Made by a program: the position numbers and the translations under genes
In this document: one piece after another, positions 37,060-48,900 of the stretch
Numbering within the stretch: the first letter of the stretch is position 1
How the letters are laid out: every line of letters starts with the position of its first letter
Notes under the pieces: generated by a model
The model's input: the letters and a program-made list of their open reading frames with translations, nothing else
Told to the model about the DNA's origin: nothing
The model's database searches: none
NCBI GenBank assembly: GCA_976226885.1
Contig: OZ320314.1
Coordinates: 49,166,001 to 49,230,000, forward strand
DNA from: Iphione sp. A-MEVVRFRX5
Lineage: Eukaryota
Reading direction: 5' to 3'
Length of the DNA stretch: 64,000 nucleotides

Positions 37060-38990
37060 GTTCACTGCCCAAGTCTGGTGAAATTACGAGTAAACATCTC
37101 CTTGGCTGTGGCAGACAGATAAAGACTATTGGCATCTATTCCTAGGACTGCCTTACGTACCGCCTCCATCTCTGATATCTTGCTCTTGTCCGCTTCGTGA
37201 TAACAGGTGAAGACAATGGCTAGACCGCCTACAAGATTCTTCTTGTAGGTTTTGTGGATGTTTGCGCCCAAAGAATTGAAGACTGGAAAGACAGTAAGAT
37301 CTTTTTGAGCCGAACAACATCTGCGTTGTAATGCCCGAAGTGGAGACAGACACCCTGAACAGGTATAGTCCCCTTGCAAATAGAAGGATTGGAGTCGACG
37401 GACTCCTTCAACAACGGGGCCAATATCTAAATTGCTGTAAAATATAAGAAAGTCGCATAAGGCCTGCATGTGTTCCCTCTTCCAGACCTCTTGCAGACCT
37501 CGCTAGTCTGCGGGGCAGATATTAATTCCTTTCAGACTGGAATAGAAGTCTTCAGAAGAAGGTAGTCTCCTTCAGTTTCTCGGGGCTATCCAAGTACTTG
37601 TAACAGAAGAAATTTTCAGGAACCATGCATATGAGACTCGGGGGGGGGGTGAGATACTGAGAAATATCTAAGAAAGGTTGTTTGCTATGGTGACAAGAGT
37701 TCTCTCTTGATGACGAAGGAGCTTTCCTCTACACGCACTGCCTTCAGGATCTTTTTTTCAAATGAACTTTAGGTCATACTTTGCTATATTGAATCTATGA
37801 CCGAAAAGGTGTTCATATATAACTGAAACTTGTCCTATATTTTTTGTACCAATTCTTCAATTTTAGTCACAGGATAATGATTCCTCCTCCTCCTCCTCCT
37901 CCTCCTCCTCCTCGTTGTCGTCGTCGTTGTCGTCGTCGTAATCGTCATAATCATCATCATCACCATCACCACCACAATGGGCTACGGATTCTCCTCTCAG
38001 TCCTTCATTACGACTGCTGTCTTCCGACACGACGTCATCAAATCCTTCACATCGTCACCTTCACGGTTGGACAGTTTTCGAAATCCGTCGACAAGTCCCT
38101 TAGTCTCTAATCAATGTTGTCTCTGCGATCTTTCAGATTCTGCACAGGATCTTGCCATTTGGCTAATGTGCTGCTTCTTCTTGGATGTGGTTTAGGCATG
38201 ATACCATGTTTTGTATCAGAGTGTGTACGTATTCCCAATTGAAACAATGTGGACTCTCAACGCTTGGGATGTTACTGCGTAGAGAGACTGATATAGTTGA
38301 CATTGAATCCATGCTACTCTCACCGTCACAACCTCCAACTACACAATAAGAGAGACGTTACAGATTGCATCGTGTGGAAACAATCACTTTTCATCTAATA
38401 CCATGCTATTATGGTACGGTATGAAATAGCGTTGTTCTGGATATTATGTAGGATCATGCAAGAGGCTACGTTCACTGTGAAATCATGATCCATCCTTTAG
38501 AAGACCCCATTCAACTGTTCGCTAGATTCACGAGGACCTCCAGCAAGGAATATTGTACGCTGACAACATTCCACCCTCTCGATGGTTCCTTAATATGTGA
38601 CACTGATTAGCTGTGTACATATAGTGTAACTCAGGATTAGTTATGCGGCCCCTCTTGTTGCACCACGCTGGTTGCATTCTGTCAGATTCCCAGCGTTATG
38701 CCGGCAGCTGTTCTCCGCCGTCCCCACTTCCATGTTGGATTCGGCGGTATCATAACCATTTGTTGTCAAAGACCTATCCATACTGTTAACAGCATACCTG
38801 TCAGTGACAGCAGTGAAATAAGTGGTCTTCTCACCTTAACCTCATCGATGAATCATTCGCATTTCTCCCATCTGTGTTGCTGCCAGGAATGGATGTGCTT
38901 GCAGAGATTCGCCTTTTACTTCAATTTCTTTGGACACTTGGGACATTGCAGATCACTGTTTAAAATAATTATTAATGCAAAATGAAACCC
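37060..38990 (-). pseudogene. Polinton/Maverick protein-primed family B DNA polymerase (pPolB) remnant, 3'-truncated
   Basis: Ordered motifs across frameshifts: C2H2-like QCPKCPKKLK*KANLCKH; FTVNVASCMILHNI and RYFIPYHN; FNIAKYDL (ExoII); FVIKRENS; LDISQYL; FFCYKYLDSPEKL; EDFYSSL; EVWKREHMQALCDFLIFYSNLD (ExoIII); KKNLVGGLAIVF.CYHEA; VLGIDANSLYL (Pol motif A, D.NSLY). Pol motifs B and C are absent. Confidence 0.85.
37881..37977. repeat. Compound trinucleotide microsatellite (CCT)n(CGT)n(CAT)n
   Basis: Directly visible. It reads as a poly-Asp/Glu tract on the minus strand, inside the pPolB remnant. Confidence 0.95.
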
Positions 38991-40511
38991 AGTAAAAAGC
39001 ATAAACTGGGATACTGATCGGTTAGTGAGTTTTTTATGGGTAACACGTTCAACTGTTTTTACCTGATTCATCTAGAAAAGAGGCTACAGTGTATAAGTTG
39101 TATAAATCATCATGATCTTCAATGTAACTATCCTTAGGGACCCATTGTTCATCCTAAAATGATAATATAATACATGGTGCGATCAATTAATATGACACAT
39201 GGAACCAAACAGGTTTCACACCAACCCAAGAAACATTAAGTGGTTACGTATCACTACTCTTGTACCTAGTCAATATTCTTATTCAGCAAAACTGTACTGT
39301 CCCAGCATGCAGCAGTACATGGTATGCAACACTTCCTGTTTCTAGATGAAGCAAAGAGTTCTCGAAGCTGATTTTATGTGTATGTAACCTGTGACAATTA
39401 AATTTTTACCTCTACTTCATGTATCAATTTATTAACAAAAGAGAATTGTTTTAGTACTAAATCTAAATCCTCTCTAAAGTTATGCATTTTACAAGAATAC
39501 TTTTGAGGTGAAGAATGGGTGATAAAACGAAATTACCCCATATATTTTTGAAATTCTTCAGTCTATCTTTAAACAAACTAGTTTTGATATACATGTCATA
39601 ACTTGATCTAAAGATCTTTATGATGTATCTTTATTTTTATGATATATCTATATCTTTATGATTATTCTGTCATATAAAACAGAAGCCTCTGAAATGATGG
39701 CCAGTCAGTCAGTGCGGTTTAGCCAGTTCGCCTCTTTGGCAGCCCAATTCTGATGTTGGATATCAATGTTCATAGAGTAGTGGTACTTGTCACTCAGTCC
39801 AGTGCAATGAAGATGGACAGGCTTGATCGAAAACTTCAAATAAAAGGCACCAACAAACAAAACACCGTGTTCAGAGGCCACCCTTCCCCAAGTTATATTT
39901 TACGTGGAGCCAGAAAACTATGGTGGGCAATCCTGAAGGTGTCAAAACAACATCATGATTACTTTAAAAACAAAACGTCTCGATGTCTTGAGGTCTTTAA
40001 CAAGTTGAATTTCAAGAAATATGGAGATTATTGGTATGGGATGACGGCAGCTGAATTCTGTGCAAAGTAATCTTAATATTCATTTAACGACTATAGGGGT
40101 TGAATAAGCATGGATCTTTCCCAGCAGAAATCCCGAAAATATCTTTGATACATATCAAATTTCAGATGTTCATTTCATTTCTGCCTTTCTAGTGAAAAGA
40201 GCAGAACATGAAGACGACCCTCATTACGATTGATGACACTACATATATTAAACATTACTTGAGAGTTGGTCTGGGCTTTTATGAAGATCACATGTGTATG
40301 AGACTCTATCTAAACCTCATAATTTTGTTTCTCTCCTATGTTATGCTAATCTCCTTTATAATAATAGATATTGACATAAATGTTTTAAAGTAGAAAACAG
40401 AATATGCGCAACATTTTTCATTTCTATTCAGATGAATATGCTGTATCCATAGAATCGATTCCAGCATACTCCTGAGGCCCTCATCTTTCTAATGAAAACA
40501 ACTCAGACCTG

Positions 40512-40534
40512 TGACGTCATCAGGGCTATAAAAG
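40512..40534 (+). promoter_or_regulatory. CRE palindrome plus TATA box motif pair
   Basis: TGACGTCA at 40512-40519 followed 7 nt later by TATAAAAG at 40527-40534. No linked gene identified. Confidence 0.25.
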
Positions 40535-41799
40535 ACACCATGCATTATCCTCAAACCTAATTGGCAACATCTGGTATCTGACCCTCAATTGTTGCCATCG
40601 GTGGAAGTGTTGACGTTTCCTTCTGCTTAGGTTAATTAGTCATTAGAGGCAGTGTTTCTTAACATAAAGAAAGCATTCTCTAAAAGAAAGATTTGGCAGT
40701 AATTCTATCCAGTAGTTGTCTGCAATGCAAACACGTCAAGGCTGTAGCCAGAATGCACTCATTGATAAAATGTGTTAATTTCGAAGTGTAGTTTCGATAT
40801 TAATGTAAATATTGTAACGTGGGAGTCTAGCGGAGGGCTGACAGCTGAAAAGTCCAACAGATAACAAAAATAAAGAATCTGGTACACTGCAAAGGCACCA
40901 AAATAGTTGTGCATGGGGTCATCTTTATCATATGTGCAAGGGAAAGGTTCTGTTTATTCAAGAAAACATGTTTACTTATATACTCCAGTGTTGTGCAACT
41001 CCTTTACAGATTACATAATAGTAACTAAAAATAGATATAGTGTCTAGATATGTCTGGAATGGATGAGATTGCATAATCATTACATAACTGATGCTACCAA
41101 CTCCTGTTACACCATAGACTATGCAATATGTATCTATGCAGTACAATCCCTGTAGAACCCAAAACGGATTCCCCTAAAAAGGATCACCTGAAAAGGATCA
41201 CCCCAATCAAGATCATTCACAAAATACATGCACATACTACAATATCATCTCAAGGAACAATGGAGTTTTATTGTATTTCCCACTGAGAGGAGACTCGACC
41301 CTCTTACAGTAGCTAAGACCATGAAGGGTGGACTTCCCCAGCCAGGGGAGGCCACTGAGAGCAGAGGCCAACCAGCCTCCTCCCAGGCAGGACTCTGCGT
41401 GGAGATGGCCTTTGAATGGGCAGAGGCAGAGGTGATGGGTGACCAGGGCACCTCCCCAATGGCAGACCCCTGGGATGGAGATGGCCCCCCACAAAGGGAC
41501 TGTGCAGAGAGTCGAGGGGAAGGCCAGTCGGCTCCTCCCCAACCCAAGCAGATAGAGGCACTAGTGGTCACCAGAGCAGCAGTCAGGGAGACTGAGGGTA
41601 CCAGGGAGCATCTCGCCTCTGAGACCTCTGGGGGGCGCAGGCGGGGCCAAGGGCTGACCAAGCCCCTGGAACCAGATCAGATCATAGACAAGCGGTGCCA
41701 GGGCCATCCTCCGATGTGAAAGTGGACAAAATGGGAAGAATACTAGGCCAAGGCCCTCCTGCATTAAGTGGCAGCTCGAGAAGCCCTCCGAGGCAGCAC

Positions 41800-42122
41800 A
41801 GGTGTTGGTAAGGACCACCCAGGTCCCGGCCCTGTCTACTGAAAGCAGACACACTGTGCAGGTGCCTCCACCGCAATGGGAAGGGGACAAAAACGGGGAG
41901 GCGGCCAGGCTGGCTCCTCCCCATGATGACCAATTATTGGGGAGGCCCTCTTAGGCAGTGGAGGTGGGAGTGGGAACCAGCCAGGTCCCATCCCTTTCCA
42001 CTGAGACCAGTTGACCTGTGTGGGTACCTCCTTCATCAGGTGGGGGAGGATGAAAACAGGGAGATGGCCAGGCTGACCCCTCCCCATGAAGAGCAGCAAT
42101 TGCACACTCATAGGCAGTGGAG
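41800..42122. repeat. Two-copy ~160 bp tandem duplication
   Basis: CCAGGTCCC, GGCCAGGCTG..CCTCCCCATGA and TAGGCAGTGGAGG each recur at 159-163 bp offset. Confidence 0.8.
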
Positions 42123-42488
42123 GCAGACAATATCCACTGAGTACATGCAGGGCCTCACCAAGGCCTGGCAGTAGCAGATGATCTGGGAGTGGTAGGCCTC
42201 CACCCGCCCTATCAATTGTGATGTTTACACTCCAGCGGGGTGGGTCCTCTGGTCAAGTGAGGGCTGAGGCAGACTTTCCGACCTCATGGATGGGTTCTCA
42301 ACCTGGATCAGGACTCTGAACAAGCTAATGCCCAAGAAGTCTCTCAGTGATTTCATTATCAGACCGAATTACCTGAAGAACTAAGCATAGAGGACTATGA
42401 TTTTGAAGTGTGAATTAGGACTCAGCAACCCTAGAGGTAGGAGACATTTTCAGTTTTTTTTGAGATGAGAATGTGTAAGAGGGGGCAA

Positions 42489-42791
42489 TGTTATGAGTTG
42501 TAGGGGGAGGAGTTCAAGTTGAAAAGGGATTATGTTGGAATTTTGTGCAGGGACCTGTTGGCAGGGAAACTCTTGCTTGGAGGGATGGCAGAGGGACGTG
42601 CAGAAGGACTTACAGAGGGATTTAATTCTGTATATAGCGTGTGGTGTAAAGGTTTTGAGTTAGTTGCTGGATTACTAATGTTGTTGCACATTCTTCAATA
42701 AAGTTCTAAAACTTAACTGGTCTGGAGTTTATTCAATGGCAGAGGCCAACAATTAATCGGGATAGTCAATGCAGTTGTACTCATGTTCACA
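42489..42791 (+). mobile_element. LTR (~303 bp)
   Basis: Starts TGTTA after the PPT, contains TATATAG and AATAAA (42697), and ends ..GTTCACA. Confidence 0.6.
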
Positions 42792-43312
42792 ACCTCCTTA
42801 GTGCCTGACTAGGTCCAAACGTCAACTAGTTCAAACGTCAACTGGTCCAAACGTAAACAACTTAGTCCAAATGTCAATGATAACTGGTCCAAATGGCAAC
42901 TCCTTTCTTTCCACATTGTAGGCACCGACTTGTTGCAAGTTTAAGATATTTAAGATTTAATTTGAAGAGAGGGGGACGAATCAGTACATACGCCATGCTT
43001 GTGGTGACAATGACAATGATTTAATACTCCAAAAGCCCCAATTCAGGGTATGGGAGCAAAATACACATAGAAATAATACATGCTATGAATCTACAAGCAA
43101 ACAACACACAAATTATTTGTATGGCTAGCACCATGTAATATATGAGTCAATCTCTTAGCATGCCCCATTGTATACAGTACTTGTAGCACCATCTTCTGGT
43201 TTAAGTTGAGCTGGGTGGTCAAACAGGAGGTGAAGTTTTACTGAATTTGCATTGCTTGATAAAAGTTAGCATCCCAGTTGTTCTAAAGTCATTCTGCCCT
43301 CAATGACATTTT

Positions 43313-43459
43313 TGCATTCAATCTATTTGAATATAAACTCACTCTATAGTGTCTGCTGGTGGTATGAATTTATTTTTGCCGTTGTGCATTCAATCTATTT
43401 CCATATAAACTCCTTTTAGTGTCTGCTGGTGGTATTAATTTATTTTCACCTTTGTGCAT
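43313..43459. repeat. Two-copy 72 bp tandem repeat
   Basis: TGCATTCAATCTATTT..TATAAACTC..TAGTGTCTGCTGGTGGTAT.AATTTATTTT at 43313 and 43385. Confidence 0.9.
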
Positions 43460-43537
43460 AACATTTCGGCCACCGTTGTGTGTAACATTTTGGGAGCGGT
43501 TGTGTGTAACATTTTGGGAGCGGTTGTGTGTAACATT
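43452..43537. repeat. 24 bp minisatellite
   Basis: GTTGTGTGTAACATTTTGGGAGCG occurs about 2.6 times, plus one degenerate unit. Confidence 0.9.
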
Positions 43538-44105
43538 GACGCTAACATGCCTCTTGTGCTGGTGTAATTTCCTGCCAATTAGTGTATAAACGTTTAGACC
43601 ATTAAGTATTGATGTTTGGAGCAGTAGGTGTTGACATTTGGACTAAAGTGTTGATGTTTAGACCAGTTGACGTTTGGACCGAGACCAGCAAAGCGAACCT
43701 CCCTGAATTCCTGGCTTACTCAGGGTTCAATGAAGAGATATTCCCACTCAGCTCTGAAAAAGTAGGGCAATGTATTTTGTGTATTTTCCTTTGTGTTCTC
43801 TTTTGTGGCAGAAAGTATATGTAGTTTAAAAATTAAAAAATTATTCCCATAAACATATGAGACAATACAAATGCTATCACTTCACTCATGAGATGTCCTC
43901 CCAATGGCCGTACTACTTTCAGTCAACGTTTTGTATAGGTAGTGTAGTAAACTGCATGTATGAGCAGTTACTGAGATACTTTACAACAGGTCATTGCATC
44001 ACCTCACCTGGCTTGCTATATGAATGTTTTCTGTGGACCTTGACCTGTGGCACCACAACAGGTCTATGTAAGATAGTACTATGTGACCCCGGACCCTTGG
44101 GTTAA

Positions 44106-45678
44106 AGACACATAGCAGCAGATGAGGAGATTTAGTCACCCAGGCACGAATCTGATATTTTGTGGCTAAAGCATTGGCAGCTGATCAGTGCATAATATTT
44201 CACTTAGTTTTGGCTGAGTATGTTGTGATGACCTTGTTGAAGAAATGCAAATTGTTGGGAAAAGGCCATATCATATACATGGACAACTTTTATGCTGGAA
44301 TAGGTCTTCTAAAAAATTGCTTACATTAGGCACATTTATGGTTGTGGAACTGTGAGGACAAATCGTGTGGGTCTTCCCAAACATGTCCTCACAAAGTAAG
44401 TGGTGGGCTGAAGAAGACTGGAACAATGAAGTTTATGAAAAGAGATTCAGTACTTTTTTCAATCTGGAGGGATACGCATCTGGTTAGGGTAATATCTACC
44501 TGGCATGGAAGTGAAACCTCTGACCTACCAAGGACTGTAAAAAATCCAGCTTCTGGTAAATTCAGGAAAAGTAAGGTTGTGTGCCCACTAGTTGTGTCTG
44601 ACTATTGCAAGGACATGGGAGGAGTGGATAGTTGTAACCAGCTCTTACAGTATTATAACTATGCCAGGAAATGCAGACGTTGGCCGATTAAACTCTTCTG
44701 GTATGTAGTTGAAATTATGAAGGTTAATGCCATGATCATGTACAACTATGGATGACCCCAAAAACAAAGAATGTCTTTGTTCAAGTTTTCCCTTGAAATT
44801 GTCACAGGCTTGATGTCATCTCCAGTCTATGTACGTAGACCAACCCAGTGCAGTGAACTGAGCCGTGTCACCTCAAGATGCTTCCCATATGACTTAGGTA
44901 GAAAAAATTATCACAAGGTTTGCTATTCTCATGTCAGTAAAGGGCTTCAGCTTACAAGGTCTCAAACAAAGTATGGGTGTAAAAATTGTGACATTCCCCT
45001 CTGTATCCCTAACTTTTTTTGTACCTATCACACAGTGAAACACTACGATCGACTGATTGCAGAGGAGTAGAGAAATGATGTAATCTGCTTGGAAATCATG
45101 GAAATGCATGTTCCTGAACCATACAAAATGACTATGTGCATGGAAAATAAATCTGAATAACCTACCTGAAGAATTTACTTACTTGTGTTTTTTGTTCCCA
45201 GCACACATATATAATCCACTATGAATAAATCCATCATGTAACTCCATGCCCATATGGCGCACAAAGCAAATAATCCATTTCATATGTAAATCCAAGTGGT
45301 AATCCATCCCAAAACCATATCCACATTGTAAAAGTAAGTTAAAAAGCATTTCTGTATAAAATGATCCTTAGGCAATTGAAGAAATGATATTATTACTGAT
45401 TCCAACAATGACATAAATCCATTACATAACTCCATGAGGCTGTCTTCCTTACATTACATAACATGTACACAATCCATTGCATTAACAAATCCGAAGTGAT
45501 AATCCACAATAAATCCATATCAATGCTCTAAAAGTAAACATAAATATATATCCATACTTATTTTTCCCTAGGCAATTGAAGAAATAATGCCTTTGATCAC
45601 GAATAGTCCCCAGTGTGCCACCCTCTATAGGAAATTATCAAAAACAACCCACTGCAGGTGCCGCCTGTATAGGGTTAA
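44106..45678 (+). mobile_element. piggyBac transposon, 3' part (5'-truncated)
   Basis: Transposase C-terminal half plus right end ..AGGG|TTAA at 45671-45678. Another GGGTTAA end at about 44099-44105 abuts its left side. Confidence 0.85.
44190..45070 (+). pseudogene. piggyBac (PGBD4-like DDD) transposase C-terminal half, frameshifted
   Basis: LGKGHIIYMDNFY (second D), GTVRTNRVGLP, WRDTHLVRVIST, PLVVSDYCKDMGGVDSCNQLLQYY..RKCRRWPIKLF (third D region), and C-terminal cysteine-rich TKYGCKNCDIPLCIPNFFCTYH. Confidence 0.92.
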
Positions 45679-45949
45679 CACTGTTATTCCATGCCTTATT
45701 GTAATTGGCAAATCATCTTTGACTAAAAATATGAGTCCTGTGTAGCCAATAAAGACCAGTGCAGCTACTGTATAGGGCGTGTCCTTACTTAGCCCTCAAC
45801 TGGAGTTACACAGCTGAAATTACAATACTCAGAGGAAACCTCTAGAACAGCAGAAAGTAAGGAGACATCGGCCGTAAAAACATTCGTTTTGTTTTGTCAA
45901 TCTTGTGTGGAACCTCGGGTGCCAATTTTGACATCAATGGACGTGAAAC

Positions 45950-47400
45950 GCAGGAATAGGTCAAGTGATTCGAAGACCATCCTCACTTCGCCAAGAACAC
46001 GCATGTGAGTAGCGATTTTCCCGATATTCTGCATTGTAACGACGTCATTATTATCAACCCATCGATGGACTGGAACCCGGGAGAAACCTATAGAAATGAA
46101 TTTGTGACAAGATGCGTTCCGTGCGAGGTGTAGCACGAGACAAAGCCGACGTAGGCATTATTATGTGCCAACATCTGAGGAGAGAACTGGTGTCTCTAGG
46201 AATCTAGGCAGTACGTACCTGGACACACGTTTTCGCATTTGGTTGGCTGAAAATAGTAGTAGGAATCAGACCATTCCATGGGAACATTGGGAGTTCTTGT
46301 TTTGATGTATGTCACATTATTCATCAAATTTCTTTGGAGAGTATAATATGAAATCTTCCCCTTAATCTTTGCCAGGGCTCCACGAGAAAGGGACAATTTA
46401 TTTCGTTTCTAGTACGGGTCACTCTATTCTTAGACTTGAGTTTTAGACTTGAGTTATTTCGGAGAGGGACGAACGTACACACACGCACCTTCCTTATCCA
46501 CGTATTTGAGATTTTTCTCTTAAAAGATCATTCTTTCCCCATAGTATTGACTGCCAGACATCTCCGGAGGGGTCCATTCACCTTGTTTCGATTTCTTTCC
46601 TTTCTCCTCAAATTTCCCATTTGCAGGTCACGTTTAGGCTTATTTTCTATGAATACATGTAGTGTGTAATATGGTTGACTTTTCTGAGTGCTGTGAAAAG
46701 TAAAATCATGCCACAATGTACATGTGTGGATGTGCAGTGTATTGAAAATGCTGGTCGTCCAAGCATAGCCAGATTTAGGTACAATCAACGTCAGGTCCTA
46801 AAACATTAATTCTTTCTGTCTGCACTTCAGAGAAGCGTAATGTAACTTATCCCCATCCTACGTGCCGTTCAAATGGTCGTTTCCAGAGGCAGAGTGTCCC
46901 TAAATCATGTTACTGATAAGAGTGTGCCAAGATGACGCTGCACGCTGGAAAACATGTAACCTTTGTTAAGATCCTATCCCCGTGATAAACGTTTTCCCTG
47001 CTAATCTGCTTATACATGAACAAATATTTGTAATGTTTTATCATGATTAATTGCATGTGACCCACGAGTAGTCCATATCAATACACCTTTCTGTTTGGTT
47101 GCGAGAATTCATTACCTCAAACATCATTCTGATGCTGATTCGCGGCTTACTGCAGATTTATGCCTTGAAATCTTAATTTACTTTGTGTACAAAATTACAT
47201 TTCACATTCCTATACCATTTCCCATTTTATTTCGTCCACAACTTGAGACTTTCATCGGACCTGCGCTAAGTTTATTTCGGGATCATTCTTATATATCTTC
47301 AGCCTAGTGTGCATTAGGTTTGAGAAGTACGTACTGACTGTTAGAAGAGAACCGCCTGTGATAGAAATAAACACCCGCAACAGAAATGTGTGAATATCAA
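45950..47400 (-). pseudogene. Possible second, more decayed Polinton-type pPolB remnant (N-terminal/exonuclease part)
   Basis: Ordered weak motifs: ISITGGS..KIYKND; RINVLG..IWLCLDDQHF; KISYY..TPNV; MLAHNNAYVGF (AHN..YD ExoII-like); SIDGLIIM (FIDSL-like); AK*GW. Many stops. Confidence 0.3.
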
Positions 47401-48539
47401 TACTTGTAGAGGTCACGTAAATGAAATTCCGAAATAATGTGATAAATAACACACGAAATAACTATAGATGGAGACTAGATGCTGGGCTCAAACATGATTA
47501 CTTCAACTGTTCAAGAAAAGGTTCTACGAAACCTAAAACAATCATATCAAACTGGAAAATAGTAACAATGATCATGTATGTATTTTTCATGTAAAATGTA
47601 CAGCTTAAGATGAGAAATAATGTACATCGGAGCCTTTTCGAGATATCGAACATAAAAATAACTGTCACTGAATAAATCAATCAGATAAAAGTCCATTATG
47701 AAAGGGGAATGCAGTTTCAGGAAATTGACATTGTCTTTATCAGAAACCAAGTAACGGACACACTTCTAAATTACATTTAGGAATGGATTTACACCTTGAC
47801 TCTTTGCACCAAGGTCCTTCCATTCCGCGAACACCTTGCGTGTGGACATTTTGTTCCTCGAGTACACAAAAGCTCAGTCATTTACTACTTTAGCAAAGTA
47901 TGAAATGGTCAAGATGCAAAATGTTCTGATTAAGAAACTACATCTATGTAAGGTTTACAGGGTTCACAATCATGTCCCATTAATAAAATATCGATAAACA
48001 AATATTTCCTGTGCAGGACTCAGATAGGAAAGCTTCCTTACTGAATGGCGTGACAACCGTCCAAGACGTTTCATGTTCAGAGCGGGTTGGAGCACTTAAC
48101 GCGCAGGTGAGTCCTGCAGATGGTTGCCAGAAGGAACTATTCACACACCTGTAGATCATTATTCCAAGAAGCGAAAATTCAAACAAGAGAGGCGACGGTC
48201 ATTTGAGATAAGTTCCCTACTGTGTTGGTTTTGCCTTCCTGTAATTAGTTTTTTTTAAAATCAGGGTGAAACGCAAGGTAATCAGTAAACTGAAACAAAA
48301 TTCCATTCCATAGTCTTTTTCACCGTTATCTTCTTAGTGAATTCAATTACAGATAAGGTTCCCTTTGGTTAATGTCTCATTTACAAAGCTCGTTGCAAGA
48401 CATTCACCTAACATCAGTTAGAATTACTAATTACTATAATATTCACCTAAATATTATGTGGTTTTACAGCCCGTACCATAAAATACCTGCGGAATTAATT
48501 TCATGATGCTAAATAGAGAAGGCTATGTTAGCCATCTTC

Positions 48540-48900
48540 CGTTTAACTACTCTCTACTGTATCACAAGAAACTACAATAAGTGAACAGGTGCAATTCAAT
48601 GTGCATTGGAGATTGTGTGCATCGACAAAGTGTGGACCGTGTTTTACAAGAAAAAGGTAATAAATGGTAGATGGCCTCTGCTCCTCGGCGCTCCTAATGA
48701 GTCTGTGTAAGCCTAACCTGTCATTGGACTTATTTTCTAGTCTGGCAGGAGATATGTGGGTGCAGACCTGGAGGCAGGTGCAATGACACTCGTCCGAGAG
48801 ACTTCTCTGATGTTCTCTACGTGTAAAGAACTCGACCGTTTGCTCAAACATTTTCGCTACGATCACCCCTAAGTCTCTCCTTTCTGCTGCATAGGCTGGA
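48540..48900 (-). mobile_element. Decayed CR1-like LINE fragment
   Basis: ERRDLGVIVAK resembles the CR1 EKDLGV.V motif. The remainder is poorly conserved. Confidence 0.25.

Larger units (their letters stand above)
41230..42791 (+). mobile_element. Gypsy-like LTR retrotransposon 3' remnant (internal region + PPT + 3' LTR)
   Basis: GC-rich decayed coding-like region with ALVVTRAAVR and a terminal RPNYLKN (RP..L.DY-like end of Gypsy pol). It is followed by the purine tract TAAGAGGGGGCAA directly abutting TGTTATG. Confidence 0.6.
42806..43686. mobile_element. Non-autonomous DNA transposon (MITE) with long repetitive inverted termini
   Basis: Left end has tandem GGTCCAAACGTCAACT-like units (42811-42900). 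Right end has the reverse-complement units AGTTGACGTTTGGACC (43590-43686). No TSD recognised, superfamily unassigned. Confidence 0.75.

Noticed and set aside
37844-38195. Plus-strand poly-Pro/Arg/His ORFs
   Set aside because: Antisense read-through of the microsatellite within the pPolB relic.
39753-40070. 105-aa ORF as an RTE-type LINE C-terminus
   Set aside because: Only vague resemblance (YILRGARKLW, RCLEVF); conserved W/GH residues are missing.
47690-47860. TSP1/ADAMTS-like CNLEVCP..F..QC on the minus strand
   Set aside because: Contains tandem stops, lacks WSxW and CSxxCG, and has no splice signals.
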